From positions 65,100,001 through 65,164,000 of the forward strand of contig NC_043009.1 of the NCBI RefSeq assembly GCF_006345805.1: DNA of 64,000 nt. Direction: 5' to 3'. The position numbers and the translations under genes were made by a program. Source of the stretch: Octopus sinensis (lineage: Eukaryota). Below, one piece after another: positions 39,501 through 52,116 of this stretch (position 1 is the first letter of the stretch; each line of letters starts with the position of its first letter). Under the pieces are notes generated by a model. The model did not search any database. It had not been told where the DNA came from and saw only the letters and a program-made list of their open reading frames with translations.

Positions 39501-40268
39501 AAAGTGTGCAAGAGTATAATCTATGTTTGTGTGTGCGCACATATATGTAAATAAGAGCTAGGGGAAATAACCCAAAACAGGACCAATGCCACGGAAAGTG
39601 ACTATTTAGGCAAAGAGTGGCGAACTAACTGTCGTATATACTAAATACTAAATTTATTGAAATTTCCCTCAGAGTAAAAGAGAGAAAACAAAAGTCTTGC
39701 GGCAATTGTTAGAAGCACTAAAATAAAAGGGAGATAATTTCAAGTAAATTAATAAATTTCTCGCTTAAATTTACAAGTTCTAGTGAAAGGACAGTCAAGT
39801 ATACAGTTCAGTCTAACCGAACTTACACATTAGAAGATGAATATTTTAACATAAAAAAAACAACAGAATTGAGTGTATTTTCGGCCACCGCTAATTTGCA
39901 TAATTAAAAATCAAATAAAGATAAATAATACTATGGCGTCAATTACATGGATTTAGATAATTATATAACAAATTCATGCACACACACATTTATATAAGCC
40001 CGTGTGGGTCCGAGTGTCCTCCATGAAGTGATACTCTAGTTTGAAGTACTCCATGATAAGTGAGGCACCTCATTATAGTTGGGTATAGAAAATTGCTACT
40101 TGTCGATTTGTCCCATTCTACTCAATGAAGCCCTTCTGTTTGCGAAGAAAGATTCTGATATTACACCTGACTCAAATTAAGTGGGATAAATATCAAATTA
40201 ATACGGCTAGGTTAGCTGAGGCGAGGGTTACTCAGGCAGTCAAGGGCCAAAGAGTTTGACGCAGCTAT

Positions 40269-40580
40269 GTGAGTGGATTTGGTAGACGGAAACTGAAAGA
40301 AGCCCATCGTATATATGTGTATATATATATATGTATGTGTGTATATGTTTGTGTGTTTGTGCTTGTCCCCCCAACATCGTTTGACAACCGATGCTGGTGT
40401 GTTTACGTCCCCGTAACCTAGCGGTTCGGAAAAAGGCATCAATAGAATAAGTACTAGGCTTCCAAAGATTAAGTCCTGGGGTCGATTTGCTAGACTAAAG
40501 GTGGTAGTCCAGCATGGCCGCAGTCAAATGACTGAAACAAGTAAAAAAGAGTAAAAGAGAAAAGAGAAAAGAGAAAAAGA
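40269..40580 (+). mobile_element. SINE family B, 5'-truncated
   Basis: GTGAGTGGATTTGGTAGACGGAAACTGAAAG through CAGCATGGCCGCAGTCAAATGACTGAAAC, as in 36433-36833. Confidence 0.9.
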
Positions 40581-40672
40581 ATGCACATACATACATATGT
40601 ATGTACGTACGTACCTACGTATGTATGTATGTAAGTATGTATGTATGTATGTATGTATGTATGTATGTATGT

Positions 40673-41221
40673 CAGGTCACTTTCGAGTGCTACTGGTAAT
40701 ATGTAACCCAGTACAACCTGTTTCCATGGTCGGGTCGTAGGCGACTAAACCGGCAACCCCACCAAGCTCGCTTGGTGAGGAGGGTGTTTATTGGTCACCC
40801 TGCGGGATGAAAAACAAAACCCGTCAAAGGGCGGAGGAACTCTTGAGAGTCAACGGCCATCCAATAAATGTCTTAAGGATGTGTCATGCGCGGGGACATA
40901 GAAATAATCGGATTGAATACCCGATCGCGCAGTTAAACCATTGGGAGTGAAGCACTCCTAGCCTTTGTCAGGGCATCCTTCTAGGAGAAGGCAACTCAGG
41001 AAACTGAGATAACTCCGACATAAAACCTGCGGCCCAGTGGTTACCGATGATGTTGACTTGTTCTTCTTTCCGGATTATGGCTGCTGTTGCTTAGTGACTG
41101 AGATTGACTCAGTGCACAGCCTTTCCTCGCTTAAAAAAATCTTCTTGCACAGGCATTGCACGATAACTACATTGATTAAGCTTCGTGCAATGGCCATACT
41201 CGATAACGAGGGGGCAGCCAC
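40673..41221 (+). mobile_element. ~549-bp RTE-like non-autonomous retroelement, copy 1
   Basis: Full-length inverse copy at 57565-58105 with the same ends. Contains the RTE-5'UTR-like GGGCATCCTTCTAGGAGAAGGCAACTC; flanked by (ATGT)n. Confidence 0.7.
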
Positions 41222-42077
41222 CATGTATTTATGTATTTTGTGTTTGTGGGTGTGTGTGTGTACCATGCACATATATATATGAATACACACACCCATATGT
41301 GTACATATACGTTTCTACTCTTATTTAGACATTTCTTGACACTGTTACTCTATGTATAGTTGGCGAGGAGTTGAACTGCTGCTATATCTGGCAGTCGTTC
41401 GTCCATCACTGACGCCGCAGATGGCGGGAATTTATCTCTTCGCTAGCGATATATACAAGAGTGCCATTTTGCACCAAAAGCCAATATCAAAGTGTCTCTC
41501 ATAGTACCAACTGCAGTATAGCTTGTTCTAACAGAACAACCGTGGGGATATATATTATCATTATTACATCACATTCATGACAACGCATCTTTAACCTTAG
41601 TTTAATAATACATAAACATTCAACAAATTAAATTTCTACCATGAAATAAACTTTCAATAATTTGTTTTTGTAAATTATCTTATTTATCTTCCATCCGCAC
41701 TTTACATTTTTGACAGATGGCTTGGTTCTAATAAGTTTTCATAATTTAAAATTTACTTAATAAAATTATTTTTGAAAACCACACGGGCGTTTACCTGTAT
41801 TAACAAAAGAACAACACGTGAATTAATGTGGTTAATTTGTGTAAGTTGATTTATTTGAAATATATTATTCACGTCACAAATATAATTCATATGAAAAACA
41901 CATTTTATTTCAATAGTTATTTCTTCTAGATGGTTTAGTTATTTTTGTTTCGATACTATCGCATAGGTTAGTACCCTTCAATATATTTGAGTCTGAGATA
42001 ATTTTTATGGTATCATCTCTGCCTTCTTAACGCGTTTTACTTCATGCCTTGGTCGCATATAATATCTTACATTGTAT

Positions 42078-42458
42078 AAGGCGGTGAGCTGGCAGAAATG
42101 TAAGCATGCCGGGCGAAATGCTTAGCGGTATTTCGTCTGCCGCTACGTTCTGAGTTCAAATTCCGCCGAGGTCGACTTTGCCTGTCATCCTTTCGATAAA
42201 TTAAGTACCAGTTACGCACTGGGGTAGATATAATCGACTTAATCCGTTTGTCTGTCCTTGTTTGTCTCCTCTGTGTGTAGCCCCTTATGGGCAGTAAAGA
42301 AATACATTCTGAGTTCGAATTCCGCCGAGGTCGATTTTTCCCTTTCATCTTTTCGATGTAGATAAATTAAGTACCAGTTGCATACTGGGGTCGAATTAAT
42401 CGAATGCCCCCCCCACTCCCCAAAAATTTCGGGCCTTGTACCAAGACTGGAAAAGAAT
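42078..42458 (+). mobile_element. SINE family A, two-module form
   Basis: A and B boxes; module 1 ends GTAAAGAAATA, module 2 ends GGAAAAGAAT. Confidence 0.9.
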
Positions 42459-43894
42459 ATAAACTTATTTCTTATAAATATATTACATGTAAAAATAATG
42501 ATTTCGCTTGTTGCCAATTCTACGAAACTTAACCAAATATATTTATTTTCTTTTCCCAACTATTATCAGTCCTAAAAAAATGTTTATAAAATATAAATAA
42601 CTATAATTAAACAGGTTCAATGAATTTCAGAACCTTTATTACACTTATTGCGTTTATTTTTCAACTTTCCTGGTTACTTTAACCTATTCCCAATTTTCTG
42701 CTTTTGTGGTTGACATAATCTATTGACCATCAACGGTTATCTTGTATGCGGACATTGAAATACTTGAAGTGAACCGCTGTAGGATCTTTTGTAAGGATTT
42801 GTGCTCGTTAGTTTGTTATAAGGGCGGATTGCTCAGAAGGTGCCTTGGGTTAAAAATTATGAAAATAATTCTTGCTTCAACGCGATGTAATAATTGATAT
42901 GCAATTCCTTATGATAATTCTGTTAGTATTTACTTTGTCTCTTGTGATTTTCAGTGTAGACAAGTTTTACAGAATAATAATATTCATTGCCACATCACGT
43001 TAACAGGTCCCATTCGTTCGCATTCGCAGAGCTAAATTCTGGAGCGCGTGCAGTCGGGGCGCAGAGCTTTTCCTACAACCTCATGTTGTGTTGTGAAAGA
43101 CACACAGTTTTGATCAGGTCGCATATTTCCTCCGTCAATGTTTTGTCGTGTGTCTTTACGTATGGATTATTGAATCTACTTCTCCGCACGATATAAATAC
43201 TGATGTTTTTAGTAATAAAGATTATTTTCTATTACAATTAAGTTATATATAATATTATATCATATCATATTATATTATATTATATTATATCATATTATAT
43301 AACATTATATTATATTATATTATATTATATTATATATATTATATTATATTATATTATATTATAGTATATTATATCATATTATATTATTAAAGATGTACAT
43401 CTTATCTACTTCAGACATTAAACTACGGTCACGTATATGGTTGGGTAGCAAGCATCTTACACACAGACACTAATGATCTACATCTTCTCTAATTTCCTAA
43501 TTAGCGGTATCTTTTATATTTTCGTGAAGCCCAGATTCTCAAGTCTGGCAGGTATGGCGCTATTAAGTTACCGTCTGGTCTTAGTATCTGCAGATTTCCC
43601 TTTAGTTCGTCAGACAAGTTTCCCTTTTTTTTTCTCTTTCTTGTCCCTGACGAATGTGTTTCTTCTGTAATTTCTATATTTCTTATATCATAAGGGCGGG
43701 AATGTCCTTCAGTTAATATAAACTCCAATATTTTTGCCTTCAGGCTTATCTTTTCTCGGATTAAATTGCATAATGGGTTGGCAATTTATATATGTATCTA
43801 TACAAACGCGGTGAAGCAGCAAATCCTATTTCAAAGTTCATATAAAAAAGAAATCGAAATGACACTCCTGTCCCCAAAGAACAACCACAACATG

Positions 43895-44127
<233 letters not shown>

Positions 44128-45301
44128 CACAACCGTGGCAAAGATGTTTGCGATTTCAGTCTTGATGAGAGCACATAATGGCTTTTTAATCAAGAAATTT
44201 ATTTAATTAACAGTTAAGCTATTAAGATATTTAACGAAGTATATTCCTCTTACGACGACTGTTTGATACCGAAAAATGTCTGCCTATTATTTCATACCTT
44301 GCTAGTGTCTCTATTCTTTTGTTTAGTTTTTATTTTCTTGTTTTCTTTTTCCTTTCTTCATTGCGATGTACCGGTGTATGTTTGTACGTATGTTCCTATT
44401 TCCGTGTGTGTTTCTATGTGCGGGGGGTAGGTTTTTCTGCGGTAACTTTCGTTGACGGGACCGTTCCCTCGTTGCGTGTATTAAGTGCAATATCATTACA
44501 CGTTTGCTTAACACCTTCTCCAGGAGAATTGCCTGGCAGAAAATAAATGATGTGATTTAACTGATCTGTCAGGTTCTCTGTGCCAGCCTTCGCACTGTCT
44601 CAGCATTCACCGACTTTGTTTTATTATTCTGTGTTTGAATATTATTAGAGATCCGAGTGACGAGACCTCCCTCACTGATCTTTTAAATTATCTCCCTTGA
44701 GAACATTTTTATTATCTTCCTTCATTTTCTTCTCCACCCCTATGTCGAATCTCACCGTCTTCTTGCTCCCTCCACATCCTCATACCCTGTGCTCTGTCTC
44801 TCTTCATCATCACTTGACTGTTCGCCTTTTTCCTTGGCTTGAACGCAACATCGGCGGTGGTGGAATTGATGACGATGGTGGTGTTGGTGTAGGTGGTGAT
44901 GGTGGTGGCCTAAATCTAATCAGAAGTGAATAATTTGCTATCAAATGTTATCCAAAAACCTCCCCCTTGACTGGAATAAATCTGTGTTGTTAATAACAAC
45001 AACGAAAAACAACCGAAACAACATCGACAACAACAATAGCAACAACGATCACAACAACAACAACAACAACAACAGCAACAACAATAGTTCTATTTTTATA
45101 TTTTGATTTCTCCGAGAATAAGAGGACAAAACCAAGTTGTTAGTTCAGTGACGAAGAAGACAACGATGAAGAGGAAGACAGCAACAATGATGAAGTTAAC
45201 GATGCTGCTGATGATAATAGTGATGATGTTGATGATGATGAAAATCATCATCCTCCTCCTCATCATCATTCTCGTCGTTATTGTTGCTATTGTTGTTGTT
45301 C

Positions 45302-45360
<59 letters not shown>

Positions 45361-45844
45361 GTTATTATTATTTTCATTATCATCATCTTTCAATTCTGTT
45401 TCCATTTCTTGCCGAGTGTCTTCCTGACACCTAAGGCAGAGAAACGCACAGTAAATATATATCGGTAGGCCATTAAAATAAACACACCAGATTGTTCATT
45501 TGCAAAGTCAGATGTTAGAGAAAATGGAGGAAGAAAGACAGAAAGAAAAAGGAAAAAATCAATAAAAAAATCAAAATGTAAACAAAGAAAATAAAAGGGA
45601 AAAAGGGAAAGAAAACACACAACGACCATGCTCTTCTCAATACGTGGGACCAGTTACCAGTTAAGACAATTTTATTATTCCTTCGTAACACAATGCAGGT
45701 AAAATGCACGGGAGACTTTAGCTGTGGGCACTGCGTACTTAAAAAACGACAGGAAAAGCTTTTTCTGTAAAAAAAAAGTCACAAGGAACTCAGACAGATA
45801 ATACTTTCCTTAAGATGTGCCCAATAAGGCTGCTTTTTGCAAGA

Positions 45845-45990
45845 CGTTCTGAGATCGAATTCCGCCGAGGTTGACTTTACCTTTCATTCTTTTGGGGTTG
45901 ATAAATTAAGTACCAGTGAAACACTGGGGTCGATGTAATCGATTCATCCCCTCCCCCCCAAATGGCTGCCCTTATGGAAAAATTTGAAGC
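45845..45990 (+). mobile_element. SINE-A 3' fragment
   Basis: ACGTTCTGAGATCGAATTCCGCCGAGGTTGACTTT...GATAAATTAAGTACCAG. Confidence 0.8.
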
Positions 45991-46523
45991 TATTATTATT
46001 ATTATTATTATTATTATACAAATAATTTTGATTCAGCCCAGTGACAAATAATTTTTACTTTCATGGCAGAATCAGGAATATTTTACGTGATCGCTTTAAC
46101 TGCAAGAATTTGCACCCGTTTGGTCTGCTGACGACACTATTCTGTCTTAAAAGGGAATAAAGATGGTAAAGACGGAACAAAATTTTGTTTTTAGACGGAT
46201 TTTTTTCTGTTGACGAACTCAGAAGACGTTGGTGCTTATGTCGTTCTAAGGGCATCATTGGCATCGCTAAAGTGTCGAACTGAAGTCGAACCCGAAGCCA
46301 CTTGGTTTCGAAGGGAACTTCATAACCATGCACCCATAACTGCATTTCTCAAAGCACGATCCGTAAGTTTGATTCGAACTCAAATGTAGTTATTTATTCA
46401 TTACGTTTCTTTATTAAAAAACGATCTAAAATATACCGTGGGAGCGAATAATTCTACCTACAAGAAATAGCAACCAAAATCTACTTTAAATTACAGCCGT
46501 TAAAATGAAAGGCAAGACATACC

Positions 46524-46788
46524 TATTTCTTTACTACCCACAAGGGGCTAAACACAGAGGGGAAAAACAAGGACAGACAAACGGATTAAGTCGATTACAT
46601 CGACCCCCAGTGCGTAACTAGTATTTAATCTATCGATCCCGAAAGGATGAAAGGCAAAGTCGACCTCGGTGGAATTTGAACTCTGAACAGACGAATTTGA
46701 ACTCAGGCAGACGAATTTGAACTCAGGCAGACGAAATACGGCTACGCATTTCGCCCAGCGTTCTAACGATTCTGCCAGCTCGCCGCCT
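46524..46788 (-). mobile_element. SINE family A (module 1 only) with 18-bp TSD and triplicated B-box
   Basis: TGAAAGGCAAGACATACC at 46506-46523 and 46789-46806; three GAATTTGAACTC units at 46672-46732. Confidence 0.92.
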
Positions 46789-47616
46789 TGAAAGGCAAGA
46801 CATACCATGATGAAGTCCATGTTACATCGTGTCTGACATAAAGACCAAGTGTTGTCACACTTGAAACACTTTTCAGCTTAGGCCTGCTTATTCAAAGACG
46901 AGCTGGGACTAAATAACAAGAGCAAATGACGGCTCTTGAAAGTGGTTAATCAGTTTGCTAGAAATAGTAACCTAATCATAGATAACTATTTAAAGTAGGT
47001 ATTGGAGAAAATTTAGTCCTAGATACACTACATCTGCAGAAAACTTAATACAGGTTCATTATTAGTGGAATGTCTTTGATTGTTGGTCTGTTCTTGCAGA
47101 ACTTGGCTTCAGGCTGAACAACAGGTAAACAACAACAGCATCGTTACTAGCAGCAGCAGCAGCTGCAGCACTAGCAACACGAACAACAACAACAACAGCT
47201 TTGTCGCTGCCTCTAGTTTACATAATTAACTAATTAAAATAACAACTGATAGAGGAGTGAAAAACATGCCGGCAAACGTCGACAAAAATCATAACATAAT
47301 CTTCTGTTTGACTAAGCAAGAAGATTTTAGTGTCAAAAAGTGTTTTACTTCGGAAACTCCCTGATCCTAACCCTTAAGCACAACCATTCCAACGTTTCTC
47401 TCTCTTTCTTTCTCGCTTTTCTTTCCTTGCCATGTTTCGATTCTAGCGATAGAAAGTAACTTTTGTTTCTCCTCTTTCGTAGAAATTCATAAACATAAAC
47501 ACATACATGTCATACACATGCGCACGCACACAGGCGCGCGCGCAAGAACATACACACATACACAAACACACACGAGCATGTACACACATACATAGATACA
47601 CATGTGTGCATACGAG

Positions 47617-47653
<37 letters not shown>

Positions 47654-48237
47654 AGTATGTAAAAATGTGTGTATATATATAAATATATATATATTTGTAT
47701 ATATATATAAATATATATATACATTACTCATATATATATATATATGTCTGTATGTTTGTGCATGTATATATACATATACACACATATACATACATGCATA
47801 CGCACACACAAACACACACACATACCATATGTATTTACATTCAAAGGCACTCACACGAACACACACACGCACAGACACTCTCACATAAGCACAAACATAA
47901 TATATATGATGCGAAAAAAAAAAGAAAAAAAAGAAAAGAAAAGGAAAATAGGAGAAAAAACATTTTTTTAACAAAAATTCGAACCGGTTAGCACTAATTA
48001 AGGAGAGGCAGCTTCGTAATTGAAACAACTAATTATATGTGTTGCTTAGATTGCACACGGGAACAATGACATCTAGATGAAGGTTTTTACACCTGAAGGG
48101 ATAAAGAATCAATTATTCAAAACAATAGAATTATCAACGTTTTCCTTCGCTCCTCCCCTACTTAATGCCACCTCACTCGACTCATCTTGCTGTACGGCGG
48201 CAGTCGGCCGACTACAAACGAAGGCATTTAGCTCACT

Positions 48238-48460
<223 letters not shown>

Positions 48461-49099
48461 TGTCTGCCTGTATTTTTCTCTATCTCTTTCTCTCCTTATC
48501 TCTTTCTCTCTATCTCTACCTCATTCTCTCTCTACTTCTCTCTATGTGTATGTCTATATTATGTACACAATGTATGTATGTGTGCATATGTATACACAAA
48601 ACATGCACACATACACACTCCCCAATACATATATACATTTTTTGGAAATGGTAAACTTAATTGTTCGTTTGGAACTTATTTGTTGATAATTGTCTTGTTT
48701 TACTAAAAAACCAACATGTTGGGTCTACTCCTTGTACTTTAAGCAAACACATTTACTGCTAAAATAAATTTTAAAAAAATGACATTTAAAAGTAGATCGA
48801 AATTTTCAGATTATTTATTTAACGTTTCCTTTATTTTGTTCACATTTTAAAATTTTCTTTTGTTTCGTGCTTTTAGGACTTTAAGAGAGAACGTAGTGGG
48901 ATTGAAACTGAATTAAAACCAAAGAAAACGACCCCAAATCCCCAAATCATAACCGCCATCATTATGAGTTTGCAAATGGCGTTGAAAGGATTCTTATAAG
49001 TGAACGGGATGTCTGCTGAAACGACTAGTCAAGCAATCGTTTACTTAATTAATTAGTTATTTACTATTTTACCAATAATCAATAATTATTGAAAAGTTC

Positions 49100-49839
49100 T
49101 TTATTTTTTTGATTTCGAAAAGCTGGAAAATAAATTTGACCTTTACAGGATTCGATCTCACAATGTAAGCAACCGCAAGAAATACAACTGAGCATTTCAA
49201 GTCATGTGATAACGATTCCGCCGGCTTAACAACAACAACAACAACAATAATTATTCTTTCTACTAAAGGCGCAATGACCGAAATTTTGGGGGGTTATTCA
49301 ATTGTATTGAACCTTGAAAGGATGAAAAGCAAAGTCGACCTGAGCGGAGTTTGAACTCAGAATGTAAAGCGGGAATGCTTTTGAAAACGTGTTGTTCGAC
49401 GCGCTAACGTTTCTGCCAGCTCGCCAACTTAATAATAATAATGATAGATTCAAATTTGCCACGAGGGCAGCAATTTTGGGGAACGGTTTAAGTCGATTAC
49501 GTTGAACACACTGTACATCTGGTACTTACTTTATCGACCCCAAAAGGATGAAAGGCAAAGTCAACCGCAGTGGAATTTGAACTCAGAACGTAAAGGCAAC
49601 GAAATACCCATTTCTTTACTACCCTCAAGGGGCTAAACAAAGAGAGGAAAAACAAGGACAGACAAACGGATTAAGTCGATCATATCGACCCCAGAGCGTA
49701 ACTGGTACTTATTTAATCGACCCCGAAAGGATGAAAGGCAAAGTCGACCTCGGCGGAATTTGAACACAGAACGTAGCGACAGACGAAATACCGCTAAGCA
49801 GTTCGCCTAGCGTGCTAATGATTCTGCTAGCTCACCGCC

Positions 49840-49840
<1 letters not shown>
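49100..49840 (-). mobile_element. Tandem nest of SINE-A copies separated by (AAC)n/(AAT)n
   Basis: Copies at ~49135-49235 (old), 49250-49430 and 49445-49840 (two-module). Confidence 0.85.
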
Positions 49841-49878
<38 letters not shown>

Positions 49879-49889
49879 TAATAATAATA

Positions 49890-50300
49890 AAAATTCAGTG
49901 CGACCATGAGATAGAGAATAAGAAGCCAGACATAGTCTTAATTGAGAAAGAAAACAAACTATGCTGGATCATAGATATAGCATGCCCAGCTGACAACAAG
50001 GTATGCGATAAGGAAGAAAGAAAAGTCGAGAGATATGACAGGTTAGCTTGGAAAGTTAAGCAGGTGTGGTCGATGAAAAAGGTAGCAGTAGTACCAATAA
50101 TTGTTGGAGCCCTGGGAACTCTCGAGGAGAACAAATAGGGGCTGCAATAAGAGTGGAGCACTTGCAGAAAGCAGCACTGCTTGGAGCCGCCCGAATACTC
50201 CAGAAGGTGCTCGAAAAATAAGAGATGTTACCTTAGTTCACTGGTAGTGAACAGGTGACACTGTAGTACATCTCCAGCGTTAGAAGCTGTGCAAAGGCAA
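49890..50300 (+). pseudogene. 5'-truncated R4/Dong-type element (RLE domain) in (AAT)n
   Basis: KIQCDHEIENKKPDIVLIEK..IIDIACPAD..KVERYDRL..VPIIVGALG..LQKAALLG..ILQKVLE. Confidence 0.9.
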
Positions 50301-50326
50301 TGACAATCGTAATTATAATGGTAGTA

Positions 50327-50380
<54 letters not shown>

Positions 50381-50382
<2 letters not shown>

Positions 50383-50965
50383 GACAGAGTTGGGACCTAC
50401 ATACACTAGAAGCTATGCCAACACCATGGAAATAACAACAGAAAAAGATGGTATAGGCACACACCAGAAAAGGTCACAGAAAACGAGAAAGCAACCATAC
50501 TGTGAGATATGCCAATACACACAGATAGAGAAATTAAGACCAATAGGCCAGATATAGTTGTCCGAGATCATGATAAAAATAAAATGCTTTCTAATTGATA
50601 TATCAATACCAGCAGATGACAACTTTTCTCTAAAAGAAATGGAGAAACTTTCAAAATACAAAGACCTGGAAATAGAGGTAACCAGAGTGTGGAATCTAAA
50701 AACAGAAACAATTCCTATCATTAGGTGGGCGCATTAGATACGATAAAGAAATATTTAGACAAATACATAACAAAAATACCAGGACTTACAAATATATATA
50801 ACATTCAGAAAATTGCACTACTCGGCACTGCATACATCCTACGCAAAACATTTTCAATACAGTAACCATATGAGCATCACAGCAAACCACAACACATACC
50901 CAAAGCAAACAGAGCTGCGCTTGGTAGTGAAGTGAAAGCACGCTATAAAAATAAAACTACTGACT
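50381..50965 (+). pseudogene. Second 5'-truncated R4/Dong-type element in (AAT)n
   Basis: RP(IGQ)I..CFLIDISIPADDN..KEMEKLSKYKDLEIE..IQKIALLGTAYILRK; the 3' UTR ends in AATAATAAC. Confidence 0.88.
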
Positions 50966-50983
50966 AATAATAACAATAATAAT

Positions 50984-51086
50984 AATTCCTACTATGGGCA
51001 CAAGGCCTGAAATTTGAACTCAGAACGTAACGGCAGACGAAAATAAACATTTCGCCCGCGTGCTAACGATTCTGCCAGCTTGCCCA
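50984..51086 (-). mobile_element. SINE-A with internal deletion
   Basis: The tail GGCACAAGGCCTGAAATTT is fused directly to GAACTCAGAACG at a GAA(A)TTT microhomology. Confidence 0.8.
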
Positions 51087-51202
51087 TACTACTACTGTTA
51101 CTGCTGCTGCTACTACTACTACTACTGCTACTGATGCTGCTGCTGCTACTGCTGCTGCTGCTACTGCTGCTGCTACCGCTGCTGGTGCTGCTACTACTAC
51201 TA

Positions 51203-51236
<34 letters not shown>

Positions 51237-51864
51237 CGCTGCTGGTACTATTACTACTACTACTAGATCTATCAGGTTTCCATCGGTGTTTTGAAGAGCT
51301 ATGAATGTTAGAGCCCTAGGATGCGAACTCTTCATGCATCTGGGTCCACTCCGTTTGTACATTCTTTCTACGGTTTCGCTGACCCCAACAACATTCCCCT
51401 CCTCATCTATTCAGTGTCCATCCCAACCATCATCACAACACGAGGGTGTGGCACTGATGGTCATGGCCTTTGACTAGCTTTGTGTTGGAAAGGGAACACT
51501 TCAGTTTCCTTCTACGCAACATTTTTGTAGACCAGAGTTTGTGGCGCTAAAGACGAAGAGATTTTCCGCTTGGCTTATCTACAGTGTTGCAACCGGTGGA
51601 GAAGCAGCAAATCCAGACATGCTTTCATCCATTTGTGTAAGTACGTATGCTGTTCATCCAATAAGAATGTTGTTGATCCAGTAAAATGAAACGTTAATCT
51701 GGGTACTTGATCTGCACCACCTTTTATCAAAGGTCCACAGATACCCTTTTTGTCTTTTATTTTTCATACCACATTGACATGAGGAGGGTTATCTTTCAAA
51801 AGAAAATGCATAATTTAATTTGTCGTGCCTCTAAATAATATTAACTTGACAATGTTTTCATTAA

Positions 51865-52116
51865 TGGAGGCGCGTGTCTTAGTGGTTAGGGTGTCAGCAT
51901 CATGATCGTAAGATTGTGGTTTCGATTCCTGGTCCGGGCGACGCGTTGTGTTCTTGAGCAAAACACCTTATTTCACATTGCTCCAGTCCACTCAGCTGGC
52001 AAAAATGAGTAACGCTGTGATGGACTGGGGTCTCGTCCAGCTGGGGAACACATACGCCATTGAAACTCGAAACCGGGCCCATGATCCTGGCTAGGCTTTA
52101 AAAGGGCGCATTTATT
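51865..52116 (+). mobile_element. tRNA-derived SINE family C with a V-domain-like body
   Basis: Head GGCGCGTGTCTTAGTGGTTAG..TTCGATTCC; body TTGTGTTCTTGAGCAAAACAC and GATGGACTGGGGTCTCGTCCAG. Confidence 0.85.

Noticed and set aside
40673-40800. HDV-like or twister ribozyme at the 5' end of the RTE-like element (GUCG-UAGG-CGAC-UAA; GAGGG)
   Set aside because: P1/P2/P3 (HDV) and P1 (twister) could not be built by eye, and the second copy has CGACAAA. It remains worth a computational check.
43580-43618. Minus-strand CUGACGA-a-CU(aa)AG-g-GAAAUCUGCAGAUA hammerhead-like string
   Set aside because: Stem II would need a 2-nt loop, the first stem I pair is mismatched, and there is no PLE context. It is plausibly chance around a PstI palindrome.
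44547-44564. C/D-box snoRNA-like ATGATG...CTGA
   Set aside because: The boxes are only 8 nt apart and there is no terminal stem.
46672-46732. CRISPR-like short direct repeats (also 4429-4617)
   Set aside because: There are no unique spacers, the context is eukaryotic, and slippage or duplication within known repeats explains them.
51531-51636. Insulin-like B-chain reading RVCGAKDEEIFRLAYLQCC
   Set aside because: The cysteine spacing (14 residues) does not fit the insulin B-chain, and there is no signal peptide or A-chain exon.
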